DNA of 40,169 bases, from the IMG/VR virus record IMGVR_UViG_3300045988_013378, one strand, 5' to 3'. A model generated the notes under the pieces. The model was not told the DNA's origin. It was given only the letters and a program-made list of their open reading frames with translations, and searched no databases. The DNA is from a virus. Shown here one piece after another: positions 34,814-40,169 of the stretch. How positions within the stretch are numbered: the stretch's first letter is position 1; each line of letters opens with the position of its first letter. A program made the translations under genes and the position numbers.

Positions 34814-35242
34814 TCAGGCCGTAAGGCCGAAGAAAGAATTGAACTGATCAGCACCCACATAATCACGGAACTTGGTGGGGTTGATGTAGTAATTCCAGCA
34901 AGCGCCGGTTCCGGGAACAGCGTTCCCGAAGGGAAGAAGGCCACGCTGAAGGCCGATTCTGACGAACTGATCAGATTTTCCCATACACCGGGCGGCTTCC
35001 TTCACGCTGATCTTCTTGATAGGCGGTTCCGCAACCGGGGCGGCTCCATAACCCATCAGGTAATCAAAGGAAACGCCGGTGGCATCGGCAAGGGCCTTGA
35101 TACGGTCAGGGCCGGGGGTGTTCTTCCCGGAAAGGTATTGGCTGATAGCGGCCTTGGAAGCCCCGGCCTGTTCAGACAGGGCGGATTGGCTCATGTTGGC
35201 CTGTTCCATAGCGTTCTTCAAACGCTCTGCAAAGGTGGTCAT
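34814..35242 (-). CDS. Two-HTH regulator: XRE-type N-terminus + excisionase/MerR-like C-terminus
   Basis: FAERLKNAMEQANMSQSALSEQAGASKAAISQYLSGKN, and ISVKEAARCMGKSDQFVRIGLQRGLLPFG. ATG 35242 sits behind AAAGGAG. Confidence 0.65.
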   Translation of the reverse strand: MTTFAERLKNAMEQANMSQSALSEQAGASKAAISQYLSGKNTPGPDRIKALADATGVSFDYLMGYGAAPVAEPPIKKISVKEAARCMGKSDQFVRIGLQRGLLPFGNAVPGTGACWNYYINPTKFRDYVGADQFNSFFGLTA

Positions 35243-35256
35243 TGTGCGTACTCCTT

Positions 35257-36102
35257 TCATTTTTTAATTTCAGATTCGGCAAGCCGTTTCCGAAGTTCGG
35301 TCATAAATTCACGGGTTCGGTTGATCGGAAGGCCAGCGGCAAGCCGTTCTTCTTCAAAAGCAAAGCGGATTTCCAGTTGATCAACTGAATAATCAGCCCG
35401 GAAGGTTCGCCAAGTCCGGTGTTCCATGTCCAACAGCTTTGCCCACAGATCGGGAAAATGTTTTCGCAAGTTCCGTAATTCTTCAAGGCTCTGCAACGGA
35501 CAGCACCAACAGGAAACCCGGTGGAAAATCTCATACAAGCCACCCCAATCAAAACCGTGGGAATAGCAGTATTTCAAACAATCGGCTTCCGTCCAACCCC
35601 ATTCCGCCAATGGGTGACGGTGTTCGGGGTTCTGATTGTGTTCCCGTTCCAACCGGTATTCTTCATCAGCCGCAAGGCCAATCAACTGAATAACGGTGTA
35701 TTCTTCACGAAGATGGGCGAGATACTTATTGATGATTCTGGTTTTCAATTCAGCAGTACACCAACGGGCTTGCGGCCCCGGCCAGCTTTGACCTTTTTTA
35801 TCTTGCAATTCAGGGTTGTGGCGCTTGGGTTGGTATTCAAACATGAACCAATCAAAAGATTTTGGATTTTGAACCCGTGTGAACTTGATTCCCGCATCCA
35901 TGAAGATTTTTTCAAGCTGGTTGATATGCTCCATCATGGCCGGGAACTCCATCCATGTGTCACAGTACACCACTTCATGAAGGGGATATGTGACAGGATC
36001 GGCTTTGTGTCGGGCCAGCCATTCAAGGCCAAGGGCGGTGGAATCCTTACCACCCGAAAGGGATAGAATCCAATATTCGGGTTTCTGGTTTATTTCATTC
36101 AT
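35257..36102 (-). CDS. PAPS-reductase-family PP-loop protein
   Basis: PP-loop SLSGGKDS, WCT.ELK-like RWCTAELK, and a C-terminal cysteine cluster SCWCCP. Confidence 0.8.
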   Translation of the reverse strand: MNEINQKPEYWILSLSGGKDSTALGLEWLARHKADPVTYPLHEVVYCDTWMEFPAMMEHINQLEKIFMDAGIKFTRVQNPKSFDWFMFEYQPKRHNPELQDKKGQSWPGPQARWCTAELKTRIINKYLAHLREEYTVIQLIGLAADEEYRLEREHNQNPEHRHPLAEWGWTEADCLKYCYSHGFDWGGLYEIFHRVSCWCCPLQSLEELRNLRKHFPDLWAKLLDMEHRTWRTFRADYSVDQLEIRFAFEEERLAAGLPINRTREFMTELRKRLAESEIKK

Positions 36103-36108
36103 TGGTTA

Positions 36109-36730
36109 TCACTCCTGTTCTTCAAAGGCCACTTCACATTCTCCACAGAGAACATGAACTTCCTTGGTGGCCCGGATGATGGTTCCGCAACAGGGGCAAA
36201 CATACTTACGGGAACTTGATCCCCCCCCCCTTTCGGGAACCCTTCAGCGGATTGGTACGGGGCCGAACCAGACAGAACCCGGACTTGCCAAGGGATTTCA
36301 CAAAGGCTTCAGCTTGCGGGTTCAGGGTGGTTTTGTGCCATCCGTACTTTTCGCCTTTCTCCACGGTCAGCCCGTGGGCTTCAGCGGTTTCCTTGAACTT
36401 CCTGTTATGGTAGGAACCGGAACGGGAAGTGTCTTGAACATTGTCCTGAAGGTTCTGAAGGTGAACCATTTCGTGAAGTAAGGTTCCACAGGTTTCTTCA
36501 AAGGGGCGGTTCAGGTATTCGGCGCACAGGTTGATTTCGTAATAGCCGCCTTCCTTGGTGCCGTCTTGCCACGCCTTCCAACCAGTACACCACCCATAGG
36601 CCCCACGGGTATGATCCGGGGAAACGGTAATCACAGGCTTTTCCAGCTTCCCTTCAAAGAAGGCTTTGTTGAACTTTGAAAACAAGGTTTCAAGTTCATC
36701 AATGACCGGTTTCAAACTGACTTCATTCAT
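36109..36730 (-). CDS. SprT-like zinc metallopeptidase whose C-terminal zinc ribbon is out of frame after a G10 run
   Basis: HEMVH zincin motif. The 0-frame stops at 36206. The +1 frame after the run (36221-36230) encodes SSSRKYVCPCCGTIIRATKEVHVLCGECEVAFEEQE and stops at 36109. Confidence 0.65.
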
Positions 36731-36747
36731 GGCTCTTACTCCTTGCG

Positions 36748-36763
36748 GTGTCCTTTAGGACAC
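36748..36763. promoter_or_regulatory. 16-bp inverted-repeat operator copy O2 (GTGTCCTTTAGGACAC) overlapping the cro-like stop codon
   Basis: Identical to the copy at 37440-37455. A weak promoter-like signal TTGAAA-17-TTTGAT (36770-36798) lies 6 nt upstream on the minus strand. Confidence 0.5.
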
Positions 36764-36961
36764 TTTCGCATCAAAAAAAATTCCCACCGGGGTTTCAAGG
36801 TTCAGAAAATCCACAATCTTCTGAATCTCGCCTTGGGTGAACTCCGAACCCCCATTACACTTTCGGTAAAAGGCGGATCGGGAAATCCCAAGGACTTCAC
36901 ACAGCTTGGCACGGGTGACACCCCGAACAGACATTTCATATTCCAAGCGGGCCTTGTTCAT
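36755..36961 (-). CDS. Cro-like small HTH protein (68 aa)
   Basis: MNKARLEYEMSVRGVTRAKLCEVLGISRSAFYRKCNGGSEFTQGEIQKIVDFL. ATG 36961 sits behind AAAGGA; the 109-aa track version lacks an RBS. Confidence 0.65.
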   Translation of the reverse strand: MNKARLEYEMSVRGVTRAKLCEVLGISRSAFYRKCNGGSEFTQGEIQKIVDFLNLETPVGIFFDAKVS

Positions 36962-37160
36962 TCGCTCACATCCTTTCTTCAAAAATAGAACAGCCAAAGC
37001 CCCAACAAGCAATTTCCGGGCGGTCATACCTTTTACATGGGGATTGATACCCAATACCCGAATCCATAAACCGGGGGCGCTCATGTTGTCGCTGTTGCCC
37101 TGCCATCATCAGCACCGGTGGGGCAGTTCCGGTGGACGGGCCATCAGGCCCGTTTCGGCT

Positions 37161-37400
37161 TTAAGAATTGAAACATCCTTCTCCGATCACTGCGAAGTAA
37201 TGCCAACGAAATTCTTCATCAGCTTTAAGAAGGCGAACCTTGATCCCAAATTGGTGCATACCGCTGAAGCGCCTATCGCAAGCCCATTTATGAATTGCAA
37301 TTTCTTTGGCTTCTTTGGCGGTTTTCGCTTCAACATGGATGATCCAACTTTGTTCCCCGCCTTTCTTTGTATAAAAACGAACTTCATAATACTTACTCAT
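37161..37400 (-). CDS. Hypothetical 79-aa protein, first gene of the early transcript
   Basis: ORF behind GAAAGGGG, immediately downstream of the early promoter/operator. Confidence 0.5.
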   Translation of the reverse strand: MSKYYEVRFYTKKGGEQSWIIHVEAKTAKEAKEIAIHKWACDRRFSGMHQFGIKVRLLKADEEFRWHYFAVIGEGCFNS

Positions 37401-37439
37401 ATCCCATATACCCCTTTCGGTGTCTTATTCGCTTTTGCC

Positions 37440-37488
37440 GTGTCCTTTAGGACACCATCATAGTATCACACCCCTTGTCGCTTGTCAA
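37440..37488 (-). promoter_or_regulatory. Early lytic promoter TTGACA-17-(TG)-TACTAT with operator O1 4 nt downstream
   Basis: -35 at 37483-37488, extended -10 at 37460-37465, operator GTGTCCTTTAGGACAC at 37440-37455 covering the expected transcription start. Confidence 0.65.
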
Positions 37489-37537
37489 CCCCATTTGTGG
37501 ATTAAAAGAAACTTTTTTTGTTTTTTTGCTTTAGGGG

Positions 37538-37566
37538 TTGCAAAAAAGACACATTGCGGTTATACT
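37538..37566 (+). promoter_or_regulatory. Repressor promoter TTGCAA-17-TATACT, divergent from the early promoter
   Basis: It lies 30 nt upstream of the GTG start. A degenerate operator-like sequence GTTGCAAAAAAGACAC (37537-37552, 12/16 match) overlaps the -35 box and spacer. Confidence 0.6.
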
Positions 37567-37596
37567 GTTGTTACTAACCGTGAAAGGGGTGTTGAT

Positions 37597-38226
37597 GTGG
37601 CTGATTTGACTATGGGCCAAAAAATCAAGGCTTTGCGTGAAGAAAATAATCTTACTCTTGAACAGGTGGGCAATGCTGTTGGTGTAGGTAAAAGCACCGT
37701 TCGGAAATGGGAAAATGGGATTATTGCCAATATGCGCCGTGATAAAATAGCAGACTTGGCGAAAGTTCTTCACACCACACCGGCCTATTTAATGGGCTGG
37801 AAAGAAGAAGTTGAATTGGATAACCTATTTAGAATTGAAAAGCGAAAGTTCCCATTACTTGGGAACATTGCTTGTGGAACCCCTATCTTTGCCAACGAAG
37901 AAAAGGAACTGTATGTGGAAGCTGGTGCAAACATTCATGCTGATTTCTGCTTGAAGGCCAAGGGCGATTCCATGATCGGGGCCAGAATCTATGACGGGGA
38001 TATTGTGTTCATCAGAAAACAGGAAATGGTGGATGATGGTGAAATTGCCGCTGTCCTGATTGGTGATGAAGCCACATTGAAGCGTGTTCAATATAATCCT
38101 GAAGAAAACGAACTGTTGTTGTTCGCTGAAAATCCAAAGTATAAAACCATGCGTTACACAGGCGAAGAACTGAATCATATCAGGATTCTTGGAAAAGCCG
38201 TAGCCTTCCAAAGTGATATTCGTTGA
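37597..38226 (+). CDS. CI/LexA-type repressor: XRE HTH + S24 self-cleaving peptidase
   Basis: HTH LTLEQVGNAVGVGKSTVRKWENG, a Ser in AKGDSMIGAR and a Lys in ATLKRV. The start is GTG 37597 behind AAAGGGG, or ATG 37612. Confidence 0.85.
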   Translation: MADLTMGQKIKALREENNLTLEQVGNAVGVGKSTVRKWENGIIANMRRDKIADLAKVLHTTPAYLMGWKEEVELDNLFRIEKRKFPLLGNIACGTPIFANEEKELYVEAGANIHADFCLKAKGDSMIGARIYDGDIVFIRKQEMVDDGEIAAVLIGDEATLKRVQYNPEENELLLFAENPKYKTMRYTGEELNHIRILGKAVAFQSDIR

Positions 38227-38242
38227 AAGGGGGGGGAACCTC

Positions 38243-38815
38243 ATGTTTGGAAAAAAAGAACGCTGTGCGATATGCGGTGAAAAACTTTCCTTTACGGCAA
38301 TTCAAATCAACGGTGGTTCCATTTGTCCTGCTTGCAACCGTCTTTCCACCGGCTCCCCCTTGGCATCTGTGGAACAGGTGAAAAAGGCATGGGAAGAAAA
38401 CCACAATCGTTTCCGTAACTTCAAACCCGGAATGATCATTTCAGATTTCGTAAGCGGCGTTTTGTTCATTGATCCTGAACAGAAAATGTTTTACCTGTCC
38501 AACAGTAAAAAAATAAAGCTGGAACCTGTTGTTTTCAAGTTCTCTGAAATCAATGCCTTCAAGATTGAACAGGTTGGACAGAAAACCATTACTAAGACAA
38601 AAGGCGGGATTGGTAGGGCCGTTGTTGGCGGGGCCTTATTCGGAACAGCCGGGGCCATCGTTGGTGCCACAACTGCCAAACAGGAAACGAAGGAAGTTGG
38701 TGGCGTTCCAATTTTATATGTTGATTTGTCCATCAACGGGATGAACACCACCGTTTCCATCTCCAACCCACCCCTGAAAGCCGCTGATTATCTTGAAAAC
38801 GCCATGAACGAATAA
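38243..38815 (+). CDS. Zn-ribbon (DUF4428-like) + glycine-zipper protein; lysogeny-module moron
   Basis: MFGKKERCAICGEKL...SICPACN, and GGIGRAVVGGALFGTAGAIVGATTA. The ATG is 16 nt after the repressor stop, behind a G8 RBS-like run. Confidence 0.6.
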   Translation: MFGKKERCAICGEKLSFTAIQINGGSICPACNRLSTGSPLASVEQVKKAWEENHNRFRNFKPGMIISDFVSGVLFIDPEQKMFYLSNSKKIKLEPVVFKFSEINAFKIEQVGQKTITKTKGGIGRAVVGGALFGTAGAIVGATTAKQETKEVGGVPILYVDLSINGMNTTVSISNPPLKAADYLENAMNE

Positions 38816-38927
38816 TCCTTCAACATTCAAGATCAAATCCCTTCTGGTTATATTTTTCATACTTCTTATATACTCTTTTTTTTTCATGTTTGAAGTATCT
38901 GCACTATCTTGAATGTTGAAGGATTAT
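38812..38927. repeat. AT-rich inverted-repeat element, copy B (22-bp perfect terminal inverted repeats)
   Basis: ATAATCCTTCAACATTCAAGAT (38812-38833) and its exact reverse complement (38906-38927). The core is homologous to copy A. The left arm overlaps the moron stop codon. Confidence 0.8.
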
Positions 38928-38982
38928 CCCAAACCGCTTGCCTTACCGGGCTTTTGGTTCATTCAACATCCATTCAAAATGC

Positions 38983-39027
38983 AAAAAAAAATGACCGCCC
39001 CCGGTCTTGCACACCGGAAGCGGTCAG
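38983..39027 (-). terminator. Rho-independent terminator on the minus strand upstream of int
   Basis: Minus strand: TGACCGC..CCGGT-loop-ACCGG..GCGGTCA, followed by T9. Confidence 0.6.
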
Positions 39028-39130
39028 GCGAAACAAACCCTTTTGAAGTTAATGTTTCAAACGCCTTTGAACATTATATCACATGGGGTTTAGCTTTGCC
39101 ATACCCAATTTTGAAAGTTCAGGTGATATA

Positions 39131-40121
39131 ATGCGAAATCCAAACGGGTATGGAACGGTTGCAAAGCTATCAGGCCAACGCCGCCGCCCATACATTGTGA
39201 AGAAAACCATAGGTTGGAATGACAAAGGCCATCCCATCTATGACATTATCGGCTATGCTGAAACCCGTGAAGCCGGGAACATCATGCTTGCTGAATACAA
39301 CCGTGATCCTTGGGATGTTGACCGGGCCAAGATCACCCTTCAACAGCTTTTTGACCTCTGGAAAGAAAAGAAGGCCCCGAAGCTGGGTGAATCCAATCGT
39401 TCTTCCCTCTGTTCAGCGTTCAAGCATTGTTCAGCGTATGTGAACAAACCTTACAAGCAACTGCGATCCTACCAAATGCAAGAAACCATTGATGGTTGTG
39501 GGAAAGGGTATAGCACCCAAGCGGCCATCAAGAACCTGTGGGGCCACCTTGACCGGTTCGCCCTTGAAATGGATATAATAAACCGGTGCTTCTCCGAACT
39601 TCTGACTTCTGATCCAATACCGCCCACCAGCCGCCTTCCGTTCACCAACGATGAAATCAAAACGGTGTGGGAACATCAGTCTGATCCTTGGGTTGATACG
39701 GTTTTGATCTTGCTATATTCCGGGTGGCGTATCTCTGAATTTTTGAACCTGAAACCTGAAGATATAGACTTGAAGGAAGGCACAATGAAGGGCGGCACCA
39801 AAACGAAAGCCGGTAAGAACCGCATTGTTCCCATCCATCCAAAGATCAGGCCCTTGATTGAACGGCGGCTTGCCGAAGGTGGCCCCCGGCTGATCAGCTA
39901 CAATGGGAAGATTTGCAATCAAACTCAATACCGGATATTTTGGGCGGATATTATGAAGGCCCTGAAACTGAATCATACCCCGCACGAATGCCGCCACACC
40001 TTTGAAACCAAATTGGATAGCGCCGGGGCCAATCGGAAATGTATTGATTTGCTCATGGGCCATGTGTCCAAGGACACGGGAAACCGGGTCTATAATCACA
40101 AGACTTTGGACGAACTGAAGG
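39131..40121 (+). CDS. int: Tyrosine recombinase / phage integrase, 3'-truncated by the adapter (not in the ORF track)
   Basis: My own translation from ATG 39131 behind AGGTGA: MRNPNGYGTVAKLSGQRRRPYIVKK... Catalytic residues are R in SGWRISEF, K in GGTKTKAGKNRIVPI, HxxR in HECRHT, H in LMGH and Y in RVYNH. Confidence 0.9.
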
Positions 40122-40169
40122 CTGTCTCTTATACACATCTCCGAGCCCACGAGACTCGACGTCATCTCG
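40122..40169. other. Illumina Nextera-type adapter (artefact)
   Basis: CTGTCTCTTATACACATCTCCGAGCCCACGAGAC + TCGACGTC + ATCTCG, the exact reverse complement of positions 1-48. Confidence 0.95.

Noticed and set aside
36755-37084. 109-aa version of the Cro-like ORF
   Set aside because: The extra 41 N-terminal residues have no RBS and lie in the GC-rich structured spacer. The internal ATG 36961 has an AAAGGA RBS and gives a typical 68-aa Cro-sized HTH protein.
40064-40077. GTGTCC-AA-GGACAC inverted repeat inside the integrase gene as a fourth operator
   Set aside because: It has the same arms but a 2-nt instead of a 4-nt spacer, lies in conserved coding sequence (HVSKDTG) and has no promoter nearby. 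It is probably coincidental.
39713-40165. 150-aa minus-strand ORF at the right end
   Set aside because: It starts inside the adapter (MTSSLVGSEMCIRDS) and runs antisense to the integrase gene, which has all the catalytic residues in frame.
1-40169. Perfect 48-bp terminal inverted repeats as transposon ends or linear-phage ITRs
   Set aside because: The repeat is the Nextera mosaic end plus the i7 primer tail, so it is a library artefact.
1-40169. CRISPR array, reverse transcriptase (DGR or retron), toxin-antitoxin pair, holin/endolysin
   Set aside because: I saw no regularly spaced direct repeats, no YxDD reverse-transcriptase motif and no recognisable toxin-antitoxin pair in any frame. The lysis genes are expected beyond the truncated tail fibre, outside this window.

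Overview
This 40.2-kb contig is essentially one temperate, contractile-tailed (PBSX/Xkd-type, myovirus-like) phage or prophage of a Firmicutes-like host. Positions 1-48 and 40122-40169 are Illumina Nextera adapter, so the apparent 48-bp terminal inverted repeat is a library artefact. The contig is cut inside the tail-fibre gene on the left and inside the integrase gene on the right. The lysis cassette and attP are not in the window. Almost all genes are on the minus strand. Read right to left they are: early promoter/operator, orf79, Cro-like HTH, SprT-like zincin, PAPS-reductase-like protein, HTH regulator, SNF2 helicase, membrane-anchored 3D-domain protein, VRR-NUC, PD-(D/E)XK::Sak4-like ATPase fusion, DUF669, family-B DNA polymerase, primase/SF3 helicase, DNA methyltransferase, DUF1599-like/MazG/ThyX, small ORFs, DUF1492-like late regulator, TerS/TerL, portal, tRNA-Glu and tRNA-Leu, MuF minor head protein, scaffold, capsid, connectors, sheath, tube, chaperone (with a -1 frameshift), tape measure, LysM protein, baseplate and tail fibre. 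On the plus strand at the right end are an S24-type CI repressor, a Zn-ribbon/glycine-zipper moron and a tyrosine integrase. The observations most worth follow-up are: (1) a MuF head protein fused to a ~320-aa HExxH (zincin-like) C-terminal domain, followed by a tiny acidic ORF and a terminator, which suggests a virion-delivered effector plus immunity-like pair; (2) one 16-bp inverted-repeat operator placed the same way just downstream of promoter -10 boxes, at the lysogeny switch and 9.6 kb away in front of the polymerase operon, with a third copy on the cro stop codon behind a weaker promoter-like signal; (3) a ~115-bp AT-rich element with 18-22-bp terminal inverted repeats, present in two direct copies (upstream of the late regulator and between the moron and int), plus extra copies of its 10-mer core; (4) five G/C homopolymer runs of 8-10 nt, two of which split ORFs so that the same 1-nt change would restore each frame; (5) a CI-linked membrane-type moron. 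No CRISPR array, reverse transcriptase or rRNA was seen.
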